DNA of 64,000 nucleotides from Ruditapes philippinarum (Eukaryota). The notes below the pieces were generated by a model. The model worked only from the letters and a program-made list of their open reading frames with translations, did not search any database and was not told the DNA's origin. Position 1 is the first letter of the stretch. Each line of letters opens with the position of its first letter. The translations under genes and the position numbers were made by a program. Of the stretch, positions 50,565-64,000 are shown piece after piece. The DNA lies in the NCBI RefSeq assembly GCF_026571515.1, contig NW_026866846.1, positions 124,001 to 188,000 of the forward strand. Reading direction: 5' to 3'.

Positions 50565-52940
50565 ATGAAAATGCGGAAACAGGGGTACTTCTTCATNNNN
50601 NNNNNNNNNNNNNNNNNNNNNNNNNNNNNNNNNNNNNNNNNNNNNNNNNNNNNNNNNNNNNNNNNNNNNNNNNNNNNNNNNNNNNNNNNNNNNNNNNNNN
50701 NNNNNNNNNNNNNNNNNNNNNNNNNNNNNNNNNNNNNNNNNNNNNNNNNNNNNNNNGTTTTTTTTTATTTATCTATTTTTATATTATTTATTTATTTATT
50801 TATTTATTTCATTATGTCCCCTATTTCCAGAAAAGAAACTGAGAACGTTTCCCATTTTAATGGCATATGCTGCATTTCAAATATCTAACTTTATCAACAT
50901 AGGTACCGCTGTAGGTTCGAAACCCGCCATTATGCACTTTGGATTATGTAATGTGAGGAAGCTATCCTACTAACTTACGAAATGTCTGTGATTCTACTCT
51001 TATGTCCACTTGTGCCTGAAACAATGCAAGGAGGGGCACCTAAGGTCTCCTTCTATCAATAAAGCTGGAAAGTCGCCATATGACCTCGAAGTGTGTCGGT
51101 GAGACGTAAAACTGAATAAAACACACACACACACACACACACACACTGACAAAAACTGGAAAGTCGCCATGTGACCTCTATTGTGTGAGCGCGATATAAA
51201 ACTGAACACAAAATAAAATAAATAGGAACCTCGGCCAAATGGTCCCACAAGTCAGCTATCATGAATAGTCAATAAGATACTCAGTAAAGTAAAGTATTTT
51301 ACAACATTAGTAGTTTCTCCTATACTCAAATTATTTACTGAATTGTTCATACACTTAATTGTACATACAGGTGGTATTTGGATTACTGGCGCCAACAGAT
51401 GCGCAATACGGTCGAATGGGACGTAAGTGTTTTATTTAGGCTTTATTTGTATGACTCAAAGTATCTAAGATGTCACAATATACTGAACATTAATCTCACA
51501 TATCAAAATCGGGCTAAACAAAATGTCGTCTTACTTGTATCTCATGCGTCTGCTAGATTAGAATACTGATGTTCTGAAATAGAGCATTTCTTGTGCAACA
51601 AAACATTTAATTTTACATAAATAGGTAATATTTAACTAATTTCAAGAATCCTTTTGCAAATGGTGTTAACGTAAAGTCATTGTTAACTGCGGAGTATTCT
51701 GATTACAAAAAGAGTACGCATGATAGGTATAAAATATGTACGTTCATCGAACATGTAACAGATTGCACTAGGGAAATTCATTATTGTTTACAATTTTTCA
51801 CCAACTTTCATAATATGTTTACATTTAACGCTTATTTTTGACATCAATATGGTTTTCAAAACAATTTTTAAAATGTGTTGATTTTCTCTTCAATTAATAA
51901 GGTGGGTACGGGATGAGACGTTTCATTGCACCTCGGCCGTTTTACCCAAGATACCCTGGTGGACATGGTCATCTCGTTGATCCTTTCTCTCGAGGATCTG
52001 TCTTTGGATCCGGGATTATAGGTGATCCTTATTCCGATCCTTACATTGGGGATGGCGTACTTCCATACGCAGGAGGTGTTTACCCTACAGGAGGCGTGGT
52101 TACTGGCCTTGTAGGAGACGGACGCCGCCCAGCTGTTATAGATAACCAATCAAGTGACAGAGTAGAGCATATAAATATTCATAACAGCAATAACAATCAA
52201 CGAATTCAAACAGGGTCTAATAACGTCGCTGTAAATCAAGGTATTTCTAAAATTATGTGATGCCTATTTTGTCATGTTGTATCAAAAACATTCCATTACG
52301 TGTTACTCTGGATAACTTATCTTTAAGATTATTATGTAGTTCAGAAATAGTGAGCTGATGCGATTTATTCATTTTGTTTAATGATTTATTCATTTTGTTT
52401 AATTCGAAGACGGACTGGAAAACTGTAAGAAGAAATGATCAAATCTTTTAAATTACGTAAAACTTTTCTTTGGTATTTATAAAAAAAATACTATATAACA
52501 AACGTGCAAATACATTTCTACATTTTTTTTCTATATTTGCCTTGATGTGAATGACAGTGCGTCGTCCAGAATATGAGAAAGTCATTGTTATAATTTCTAG
52601 AATTATAACATTTAAACGTGTGCCTTTCACATCATTTTAGTGCGTGAAACTTGAGCTCCTATGTCAACCTAGAGAATATAGATTCTATTTTCATGTGTAT
52701 AAGTATCTGCACGCAGAGATGATAAAGGGTCACCCACACAGGCAAAGCATTGATATGCTGTCCTGAGCAATCGATCAAAGGAATTTTAGAGTTTTTAAAA
52801 CCTTAAGTTTATTTCGTATATTTTCAGTGACCGGAGGAAGTGGTAACCAATGCCAACCATGTCCGGCTGACGGTTATTGTTCGGGTGGAAGGTCATGCCA
52901 GTATAGTCAATCATGTCCTAATGAGATCGTCTGCGTGTAG
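50565..52940 (+). CDS. Cluster gene 5, most divergent paralog; exon 1 runs into the assembly gap
   Basis: Exon 1 from 50565 or 50571 (MKMRKQGYFF..., cut by Ns at 50597), exon 2 51371-51422 (VVFGLLAPTDAQYGRMG), exon 3 51902-52240 (AAG acceptor), exon 4 52828-52940 (VTGGSGNQCQPCPADGYCSGGRSCQYSQSCPNEIVCV*). The exon 4 frame is absent from the ORF track. Introns 2 and 3 are phase 1 as in the paralogs. Confidence 0.8.
50597..50756. other. Assembly gap (160 N)
   Basis: Run of N; it truncates exon 1 of gene 5. Confidence 1.
50905..51220 (+). mobile_element. tRNA-derived SINE with duplicated 3' tail around (AC)n, in intron 1 of gene 5
   Basis: B-box GGTTCGAAACC. The tail CTGGAAAGTCGCCATRTGACCT occurs twice (about 51065 and 51156). 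Confidence 0.75.
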
Positions 52941-53259
52941 ACTATTGTGTAAACAGTGGTGTCAAGTCATATTACCCAGTCATAGTTTGTGTAGTAAATA
53001 CGGAAAGCAATATGTAGCTTCAATGTGATATCAAAGTGATTTTAAATGACATAAAAATTCAGGTTTTATTTATCAAACTATAAACTAAAGATAGTCGACC
53101 AATAGTTGTGTATCTGAAATGTCGTTAATTGTAATAAAAAGAAATAGTCTGAAAAATGTATTTTATCTATTGTTCGCATTTCTATCTCATATTACACTTA
53201 TCCTATTAACTGGAACCATTAAAAATTGTCGCTCGTCTATATCCATTCAGTTTCCCTTT

Positions 53260-53830
53260 AAGGCATTGTTACACTTGACTGCGCTTTGACTGCGTTTGCA
53301 CGGCTTTTTAAATGTAACAAAGCGCCGCGAGATCGCAAGAAAATCTGATATTTTTGAAGACATGGAAACATCACGGCGTTTTCACGGCGTCCTCGTGGCG
53401 ATCATGACGTTGCCTTGGAGCTTCCTTGGCGTTGTAATGCGTTCTTATGGCGTTTTAATCGGCGATTGTCTGCACTAGGACTGCGTTTTCACTGCGCTTT
53501 CACGGTGCTCATGTGAAACATTTGCGGTGCTCACACCGCGCTGAAACCGTAAAGCTCCGTAAAAGCGCCGTATACACGCAGTATAAGCGCGACAGAGACG
53601 CCGCACAATCTCTGTACAGGCGCTGTGACAAATCATTGTGTACACCGGTCTTACTGATATTATGTGTATACAATGGTGACAAACCACTATGTCCATTCTA
53701 TTCCGTGTGCGTTTTCATGGCGTTTCTGTTGCGTTGTAGTAGATGGTACTGGGTTGCTACGGCATCCTTACCGCGACCCAATTGCGCTCTTATCAGAACA
53801 CCGAGTGACGGCATTTGTTTTAAGATATTT
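53260..53830. mobile_element. GC-rich degenerate DNA-transposon remnant
   Basis: A sharp GC island with recurring ACGGCGT/GCGCCGT motifs. The termini were not resolved. Confidence 0.4.
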
Positions 53831-55216
53831 TGACTTCCATACAAAATATTTAAGCACTATAACTCTACTTATTGAAAAGGCAAACGTTAACATAAACATT
53901 TATATATATAAATATGGCCTATACGTTTCGTGAAATGTAACAGGACACCAAAAAATAAAAAGTTTTGAAAATTGTGCGGGGCTGCATGGGCCTTTAAATT
54001 AAATTTTGCACATTGATAACATAATATCATCACAGTTACGTAATACATTGTAGTCAAAATCTTGAATTAGTTTTGTTGATTGCTCCCTAAGATTATCGAA
54101 CGCCGACATTATATAAATAACAATATTTAATAGTTTATTTTAAAAGCTTACATGTTTATGAAATATTGACAGAAGAAAGAGCAAAAGTTCAATACACATA
54201 ACAAGAAAGAAACTTAAACATGGAAAAGCTGTTTTCTTAATATTTTAATCAGTTTATATGAACGTTTATAATATAAAATTAACTTTGACCTCGGTTCGGC
54301 GGATTAACAAAGAACTAATAACCTACAAAAGTCATTAAAAATTCAATCACGGCAAACTGTGAAATATCGCTATTATAAATAACATGTATTGAAAAGCGAT
54401 AAAAGCTTTCTATTTTAAACAGTGAAAATTGAATCCAGTTTCAATGCCGAGCAAACAAAATAAACAATATCCTGATTAATAAAGGACTAGACACTCGATA
54501 CTTCGATTTTTTAAACTGCCACTGAAAAATAAATTTGTTTAAAAGTTTAAAATTATGTTTGAATAGAGAGAAGATAATTGGACGGCGCAATAAATATATC
54601 ATAATTGAGATCATTTGTGGAGTGTAAAGGGAAAATGGCGGTCGCCGCTCCGAAGGTAAGTTCATGATTTTCTTTTGTAATACGTCTTTATAGAATTAAG
54701 GGGGAAACGTCTGGGGTTTTTTCTTACACATGTTATAGCTATTTTTCAAAGTATTATTTATATATAATGTATTATAAGATTTAATAAAATGCTTATTAAA
54801 GATATGTTGTACACAATTGTGTCATTTATATTTACAGTAAACTCTCCTTTGCAAGAGCTTCAAATATTCATTTTTCCCGGTGTTGCTTATGATGAATGTA
54901 CAATTTAGGAAGTAAACCTTGTTTGCGCAATATTCGGAACTGAATGAAGAAAACATAGATTCCAAAAGCTGTATATTGCCAATTTGTTCTAATGTTTTCC
55001 TAAAAATGATAATGAAGTATATAAGTACAATAAAGAAGTTACTTACAAATGCAGTGTACTCAACAACACACATCTTTAGATTCTTGTGCATGTTTTACTT
55101 AGATAATGATTATTGCAATGTATTACTGGATAAGCATCCATTTTGTGCTAATGGATCTAGTTTTCTTCCTATACAGTACATTGTCAATAGGTATATGTCA
55201 ATTTATATTTTTTCAG

Positions 55217-55760
55217 ATAGCGGTGCATCTGTACCTAAACAATCCGTATGGTTAATTAGTGCAACTATCCCACAATACACCATAAATGAAGTCAGTTTAG
55301 ATGGAAAGAAATCTGAATCAGTATCACCCGACAAGAAAGACGAAGTTCAATATGTCAGTCCAACTGTTATGGAGCCTGTTGGAACATTTAAAGACACCAA
55401 TGATGGGGCAAATTTTAACAAACGCAGAAAGCCTTTACCGGATATCCACGACAGTAAACGAAACTCCCCTTTAAGTGATACGGGATCGGTGTTCTATGAT
55501 AAAACACCTCGGAAAAATTATCCACCTAACGGAAAATCTCCTGAACTAGTACAGAGTTGCCCTCAGCTTGGATTCACTTGGTCGATAAACCTGGACAAGC
55601 GGGAAAGAGCCTTTGTTCCTAGACAACCACCATCGAAAAATCTGCTTGAAAAATTATGCGGACCGAAGTCGGTTGAGCCAGTGGGAATCATTAAACTGAA
55701 AAGAAAAATGATCTCTCCCAACAACTACCTAATACACCGGATACGACTGGAAGAAAAGGG
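55217..55760 (+). CDS. Probable coding exon of an unrelated, unidentified gene (Ser/Pro/Lys-rich, likely disordered)
   Basis: ttttttcag acceptor at 55216 and gtaag donor at 55761 bracket 544 nt of open frame with raised GC, part of ORF 54919-55764. The other exons were not resolved. Confidence 0.5.
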
Positions 55761-57787
55761 GTAAGACAGGTCATATAAATAAATCTTTTAAAGAGCGACT
55801 TCAATCACTTACCTTGGTATCCTTGGTCAAACTAAAAAATTACTGTCTTCAGTTTGACTATAGTGGCGCCATTCGGTAACTATGGTCGGACTTGACTGAA
55901 GCCACCGTTTTTCCGGTTCAAAAATGGCGGCGAAAGGTTACACGTGTGCTCCGCATTATTATGAATTTAGTTTGATCGCCGCCATATTTCAAAACAATAC
56001 ATAAACGAAAACTTGAACGCTCGACCCAATTGCAATTTTTTGGCCCTTGCTGTCAGTCCTCGGAGTTATATTTATAATAATAGCCGAGGATGTTCCGATT
56101 GACGCTCGCCAGACATGCGTATTTTAACATCCGGTACCAGACAAAGTTAATTAGTGATCGAAGTCGCTCCAAAAATAAGCATAATTTAAAACATGTTTGG
56201 CCATTATTGTTTATTTTGTTATTTTGGTTAAAGATCCTGTAACTCAATTTTTATGGTTTTATATTATAAATACAATGCTCAAATGAATATTTATCAAATT
56301 GGTAAGTTCCAAAAAGAATTATTTGTAAAGATATTACCGAATGTACATTTTATGTTAATAAAGGGAGGTAATTAGAAATATATTTTCTATAAAGTCTATG
56401 TCAAATTTTTCAGTATCAGAAATGAGTGGATATACATGTATTTTAATGATTACATAATAATGTGGACAAATATTTTGCAGTACGTATTTTACATATTCTT
56501 CGATGTTCGAAAATTGTTTTAGAAGCACAATGATATACATATATAATATTTCACTTAAGTGTGGTAACAACCTTAATTAAAACATGCACTAAAAACCCTG
56601 TTTAAAAATTTATGATGCATGTATATTGTAAGTATTGTTGACAGATAATATAGCCTAGTATAAACGGATAAAGCAAGCTATGCGTTTATACTAGACTATT
56701 CTATTTGTGAAATGTTTTGAAACGTACTCATAATGCGCATTTGCTTTTTTAAATAAAGATATAAAATGAAATTCATAAACTTGCTGCAACCGTATAGATA
56801 TTATAATACTGCATTTTTGTGCTACTTTCTTCAGTTGTTTAACATCCATTATTCTCTATCTTCATTATTAAAACATTATTATACACATATTTTTTTATTT
56901 GACTTTTCTAAAGAATTAAAAAGTTATTGATTTCTGACGCATAATGTCCCTTAAAGGCTATTATTCTGCCAACTTCATGGACTAATGTTGGATGTTGTGG
57001 AGGTAACTGCAATATATTTTTTTTTTGTAAGATATGAAAGACCGTATTGAAGGTAAAATTGATCGGATATATGACTCGCTTATCAGTGATTTAGATGCAG
57101 ATGCAATCTGCGACGTTACAAAGAAATCATTCACTTGTTATAGGCTGACATTTTACAAATTGAAATATATTAAATTGAGATATTCTGTAATCGGAAGTGC
57201 CACAACACTATGGTTCTTACCGTTGCATTGATAAATCAATAATAAATTCATATAAGAAGGTACTTCTTCTCAAGATATTTTCGTACACGTGAAAATGATC
57301 ATTTCGTTTATTTAGTTAGATCAATTCTTTTTCTCGTTTTGAGGACAAATACACTTGGCCATTTTCCATCGTCCTTCGTTCAATGAAATACACAAATATA
57401 ACTAGACTTTAGTGCATCTTGTTCAAACTTGCTTTATTTTTTCGTATATGACCACAGCCAAACTTAAAATTCAAGCAGTATAGAAAGAAAAAAGGAATAC
57501 AATATTATTAAACTAAAATTGCAAGCATTATGCAAACACTGTATTCTTATTTTCTACAAAAGATATATGCATGTTTATGTACGGAAAAGAAGAATGGTAT
57601 GCGTGCTAACAGATACAACGGAGCTGTAAAATGTACTTTCACGTAATTTATTACATGTATGTAAAATAAAAGTTAACAAAAAATATTGTTTAAATTAACA
57701 GATAAAAAAGCAACAATAAACATCACTGCGCTTTATCAATTTATACAATAAAAGCTCAGAGACTATGTAAATAAAGATACTAGTATT

Positions 57788-57990
57788 TAAGCGGCGTCAC
57801 GACAAAACCAATATAGTGGGTTTGCGACCAGTCTGATCAGGATCTGTGCTGTTCGCTACCAACTCTATTACAAGTAGAGAAACTGATAGCGAACAGCATG
57901 GATCCTGATCAGACTGCGCGGATGCGCAGGCTGGTCTGGATCCATGCTGGTCGCAAACCCACTATGTTGGTTTTGTCGTGACGCGGCTCA
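57788..57990. mobile_element. ~200-bp MITE with ~40-bp TIRs
   Basis: GCGTCACGACAAAACCAATATAGTGGGTTTGCGACCAG ... CTGGTCGCAAACCCACTATGTTGGTTTTGTCGTGACGC. Confidence 0.85.
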
Positions 57991-60900
57991 TTTTAAAGAC
58001 GGTGTTTAAAATAACATTTTCAGCATATTGCGCTTAAGACTGTTTTAGGTTATATATCAAAAGTAAAAATTGAAATTAAACACAATAAAAATATTTCGTA
58101 ATATATAATAACAGATCAATTACTGACCGCAATAATGAAAGAATAAGTAGTTACACCTTAAACATAATGTCATTGCACATTTGATTTCTTTTAGACTAAT
58201 CTGCAGATTTTGAAGAGATTAGTTAATCATGTTATCAAATGTTTTTGTACTCGTAAGCTTTTGTTGAAGTAAACGAATTTGTCTTTGTTATTACCTCACA
58301 AATATAGTATTACTTATTTGGATTCATTAAGAGTATTTACAAATTCATTTCGGTACGGGGGATATTGCGACTAATTAACCGTGTATCAACAAAAATAGTT
58401 ATTCTAGTAGTCGAGAAGCCTCAACAGTGAGGAGGGAAATAAAATTTGCATTAAACTTTTGTTTTGTGCGGGGGGGGGGGGGGGTATTTTTGTTTTTATT
58501 GTATACAAGTTACAAGGATAATGGCACTCACAATCACTGGACCAATTTTGATAACCAGTCTAGGCAAACCCAATAAATAAGTTTTATTTTAATTTACGTA
58601 CATGTCCTGAACATTAATAGCGTTGTAATCTTTAAAAGATCAGTCATTATTCTTTCATACGTGTTTTGTTAATATGTTTTCTCGTAGATCATCGTGATTT
58701 GGTTTCTATATTTGTATAAAAAAATCGTATATTCCTCAATGTTGTTGTTCATGATCATGAAAAAAAATATAGCCAAGTCTATGAAACGAAAATTGACCGT
58801 TAATCAATATTTTTTATTCCTGTATGAAAAAGAACTCTATGTATAACTAATCGGAGAATTTGTTCTTAGAAAGGGAGGCCACTCTTATGATCATAAAGTC
58901 ACAAAGAAAGGCAGGCATTACCTTTCTTGTTCAGGATTCGCGTTAATCTGATGGTGATCTAAATGAAAACATTAAACTTGAACTTTGAGACCCGATTTCT
59001 AATATTAATCTCCGGCTATACAGTATCAGAAGATTAAGGTCAACATTTGAAATGTGTGCCAAAATATTGTTTAAAATCAAATACGTAAATAGAAGGCATT
59101 TTTTAAAAGCAAAGATTTAAGGAATAATATCGGTCTGAGCGGTATTTAACACCGGTTTGGAGTTTTGATGCGTAGGAATTGACCGAATTGAAGAAGCAAA
59201 AATGAATAGGCCTGAAACTTAGAAAATAACTAAGATACCATCATCAAAATTTTAACCCTAACATTTTGCCCATCTAAAGGAATATAATGAGTGAACAGGT
59301 GAAAGTCAATCATTTGAAATATATAGTCAATTCAGGTAAACTGGAAAATGACAAAATAAACATGATGTCACTTCGAGCAAAATCGACTTGCTATGAGTTT
59401 ATATACTAGTAGTGGTTCGAATTTGTAATTAAACTTTTATTGTTGAAATTGACTTGCATTACACGTAAAACAACATTAGAAACCGACCGTTATATTCAAA
59501 AGTCTAGAACTCATGGTAATCATTCACCAGCAATTTATAATAACGTTTTTCATATCGAGGATACAAATTACAGACTGTCTTTATCGTCTCATAGATAATA
59601 TGACAAATTGGAATACTACAGTTTTTCTTTCTGTCTCTTCAAATCATCAACTAAATTCTTATTCTTGCGGAGCCGAAAGTTTTATATCGGGACAAGCTAG
59701 CTTTCTTCAAAAAAAGGTCCCATCATTTTGCACTTTTTAAAATGTGTGTTGTATAATTTTTATTTATATATTTCTTATTTTTTTATAATATTTTTATTTA
59801 TTTCTTTGTGTGTCATTTAATATCAAATTATACCCTGTAGAGTGGTATTATTAATGTATTTTTCCACAATAATTTATACAAAAAATTAAACAATAATGTG
59901 TCAATAATTGTGGAGACATTAGGGTAGGTAAAATTATATACTGATTGTTTTAAGGTCATAAATTATTCCCTAAAGTGACACAGAGTCGAGAACAAATTGA
60001 TTTAAGAAAGTTAAGCAATTGTAGTGAAATAAATAAAACAAACTGAACAACATGACGCAAATAATACCAAGAATGGCAATCAATAGCAACTATATTTGGG
60101 AATATATAGGTCGAATCAATTCCACAGGCAGAAATAAAGAACACCTTATAAATACTGTAATAGTTAAGGTAGAGATACTTGACCGGTCTTGAAACTCTAG
60201 TGACCAAATCAAGTTTGGACCGCATTATTGTACTTTAGTGGAAATGCATCCATTGACATTCCTATCAACATATTAAAGTTCATGTTATTTAAAAATCTCA
60301 TGACTTTTGTTTATTTAAAAAACTGGCTATTTTTATTATTTTTGGAACGACCATTGTAATATTAAAGGCAAGTTAAAATAAAACGTAAGCAACAATGGTA
60401 ATCAACCTAAAAAGAAGTATCCTTGTTCTCGCTAAAGTATTCATTTAACAAATTGGCCATAGACACAAGTTACAAAGTAAAAGTATTATTAGGTAATTTG
60501 AATGTGGCTAATATCAGAACTAAGATATTGGTGCATAGGTCCTGTGTACAGGTTTGAAACATGCTTGTGGAATCATTTTTTAATCACTGTAATTTAAAGG
60601 TCTAGAATTTTACAAATATTTACTTTTGTACAATGAGAAAATAGAGATAAACAGAATCCCTAAAGAAAGCACAACACGAATAAATTGAAAATTGAAGCAA
60701 GCTCGGTTTGATTAAGGCTGTTTATGAACGGAAGTGGTAATTGCAATCTACCGTCCATGCCCCCCCCCCCCCCCCCCCCCCCCCGCTAGCACCGGCTTAA
60801 GCAGAATAACATGATCTGGTAAAATTTTTAATTTTAAAACATCACATTGTAATCACATTAAATAACAAAATGGGTTGAATATCAATAATTCAGTATCAAT

Positions 60901-63900
60901 TGGAGAGTATATAGAACGTTATACTAATAGAACTATTTAAAAAAAATAAAACGAAAACAAAAAACATCTAAGTGTATTCAAATATATCCGCCATTTGCTT
61001 TTATAAAAAATGTAAATATAATTTCAAAAACCAGCAGGGATTTAGATCGTGTGTTCTTGTTTACAAAAGAAAAACTGCATTTAAGTCATGTTTGATAACT
61101 CAGAAAGGACTTGACTTTCACTAGATTTGAAAAGAATTAGCAGATTAGAGCTTTAAAGATTTTGTTTGCAGATCATATCATTGTGTAAACATTTTGTTAA
61201 AATTTTAAAGCTAGATCTCAAACCTTTGAAATAATATAATATTATTCATCTGTCGCTAAGTAAAGCGGCACCGCCGCAGATGGAGTGTTCAGTCACCTGG
61301 CAAAGTTGCTATACGGCATTAAAAGTGCTGATGCAACATAATCGAAAACAAAATCAAATAAACCAGAAAAAAAGAAATGAAACTGTTTAAATATGATTTC
61401 ATAGTTTGCTATTCGTTAGAATTCTACACCAAAATTCAAAATTGACAACTACTTATAAAGTGATGGCATTCAATTATTAATGTTTTAAAGGCTGAGAGCT
61501 AGAACACTGTACTTCCATTGCCTCACAACCATTTGTTTTAACCTATAAACTCTATTGCACGCAGTTACATCATATTAAAATTAATTGAAGAAATAATAAA
61601 CATTAATTCATCTTGAAGGTCCATTAAGGACAATAGTATTTCATAAAATACGTGTATCTCTTGAATACTCAGTAAAATGAGGTATATAATTGTGCAAGTT
61701 AGATAAAGATGAAACGTTTATTTACAATTATATGTTGTTGTTTTTTTTAATAAATGAAAATTCAAAAAGAAGAGCAAAATACATTGTGCATAGGCCAAGC
61801 TTTATATACTTCATATACTCGTGGCAATTTGCAAAGAAAATATATATGTGTATTACTAATCTTTAGATCCATTATTCCATGTATTTGTTTGCTTAATTTT
61901 AATATCTTGCTTGATAAAGAAAGTAAAAATATAGTATAATATGTACATCGTCCATGTATTTGAACTTGTACTACTAAAGTGTTTAATAATTGAGAACTGT
62001 ATAAAGATACTAAATTAAATTCGAAAGTGACTTATAGGCCCATGGGGCCATGTGTTCTAATTCCTTAATTAAAATATTTGTATTATATCTATATTGTAAA
62101 TAACACATATCATTTTAATAAACAATTTTACTTACTAACTATATGAAAATACCACTTTAAGCAGTCTATTTATAATAAACAAATAAATTACATATTAACA
62201 TATTAAACTTGCTATCGATGAATACATTATCTTTTGATTTGCAGTCAATCGATATTGGTATCTTGAAAGTGAAGTCAACTGCTTTAGAAAACAGTTTGAT
62301 TTAAATGTTAATATACCGGGCTATAATGTCAGAAATTGAATTGTGAAATATTTATGGTTTTCCTTTTTTATTACAAGAATGCTTGAAACTTCAATAAAAT
62401 CTTTATCAGGTTTTGTTACTGATAAAGATATTTTAGAATTTAATATAAAGATAGGCTGAAAAAAATAAATGGGAAATATTCTATTGATTTTAAGTTGGTT
62501 TTTTTATTATTTTGAAAAAGAACGCGCAGATTGGTTATCGTCTGTAAAGGTACATTAGACTTAACATATTAATATTATAAAGACAAACAGAAACGAAAAT
62601 GATTGCAAAAATAACTGTTGACCAAGTATTGATTCCGTTGAAACGTGGATATTAATTTAAAATAAAGAGAAGTAAGGGCGAGAAATTGTACAATTTGTTT
62701 TTTTTTAAGTGCGAATCAGGCTTGGAAATAAAAGATGATAACGATTAGGTAGGTGTAGTTTTTATGACATTTAGCAATTTAATATAATACGAGAACAAAT
62801 AATTAAAATGTAAAACAGAATTAACCATTATAATTGTGGATTTTGACACTGACAGACTTTTATCAATTTGTAATAACATAAATTGTATGCATTGTACATT
62901 TATTACGGACTTTAATCAGACTTACGAAACTTTCCAGTACTTATGCTAGGGATGAAAAGTTAAAATGAACTTAGATATCGATATTGGCTTAATCTAGATG
63001 TTTTCTTGGTGGCGTTTCTTTTTCGTTGCATCCAATATACTATAAACTTATAGTTTTAATAAACAGTATGTTTGAAACTTTTCAACTTAACTTTTATTTT
63101 TCTCAGGAACAGTGTTCCTTTTGATGTAGGTTGGGCTCAATTACTTGAATGCAAAATTTCCTTCGCTTGCTCCGTTTTTCCAGAATTATCATACTGATTG
63201 TGAAAAATGACCAAAAATTGAAAAGCGTTGCAACGCTTTAATCGAGCTAACGGCGGCACAGAAATACGAATTTCTTAATTACATTTTGCTTAGTTTTCTG
63301 TTTTAGGTGCCCCAGCAGATCTACGTAAGAAATTCAAATTTTGTGTTTTAGCTAGGCGTTTGGACCTCAGTGGAGTTCCTTTAATGACAATATTATCAAA
63401 CGTTAACGTTCATACTTAAATTATGTCTTAATAAAATATACCCTTGTCTTTGTTTTAAACATTCTAAAATGCCAAGATACGATATTTAAAGTTTTCCTTT
63501 TATGTCAAGTCTTCAATAACGATTTTTTTCTTGCGGTCTTCGTGTCAGAAATTTAAATTCAATTACATTCTATAAATCTATTCAAAATAGTTTAACTGCG
63601 CATATTTTATGTCTAATCTTAGCATGATTTCAAGTGCATTTCGTAGAGAAATTAATCATTTCAGGTAAATGACATGCACATTGAAAAAAATATATATGAA
63701 TATAGGTGCACACATCGTGCATTTGCCAAATTTAAATTAAGAAACATTCGGCCAACTTCGTCATTTTCTTCGTCAATTTCCGTAGCTTGTATCCATTGTA
63801 GACATGCTACGCGCTGACATTTTTTTATGTTATGGAGACACTTATTTGGTTTATTTGAGAAATGAAATATTTCGATTTAGGCGCGAACGTTGGATTTACA

Positions 63901-64000
63901 TCTATTCAGTCCTTTTCAAATAATTAAATAATAGTTACTTTATATTTAAATAGAGCCTAATTATCTTTTCAGCATGCACAGTCCATTTAAAACATTAAAG

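Noticed and set aside
58000-64000. Short ORFs in the final 6 kb
   Set aside because: AT-rich, no motifs and no consistent exon chain; probably intronic or intergenic.

Overview
AT-rich, intron-containing animal genomic DNA. The repeat content suggests a bivalve, probably an oyster, but that is inferred. There is one assembly gap (50597-50756). The main content is a head-to-tail tandem cluster on the + strand of five paralogous 4-exon genes (about 7.7-9.5, 22.4-23.9, 29.9-33.6, 38.9-42.4 and 50.6-52.9 kb) plus a decayed exon remnant near 35.3 kb. I rebuilt the genes from GT-AG sites; the ORF track shows only fragments. Each encodes a roughly 200-aa secreted protein: signal peptide, Arg-rich stretch, Gly/Pro/Tyr(DPY)-rich region, Asn-rich beta-type motif and a C-terminal six-cysteine module, with a Gly/Met/His tail in three copies. 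I cannot assign them to a named family; they resemble low-complexity shell-matrix or adhesive proteins. Gene 2 looks like an unequal-crossover chimera of genes 3 and 1. The rest is mostly transposon-derived: three LINE fragments, Kolobok-, Transib-, piggyBac- and Harbinger-type non-autonomous DNA elements (several nested), Helitron-like satellite carriers, tRNA-derived SINEs, and a dispersed hairpin-rich repeat with compensatory base changes that also forms a 283-bp tandem array. A probable exon of an unrelated gene lies at 55.2-55.8 kb.
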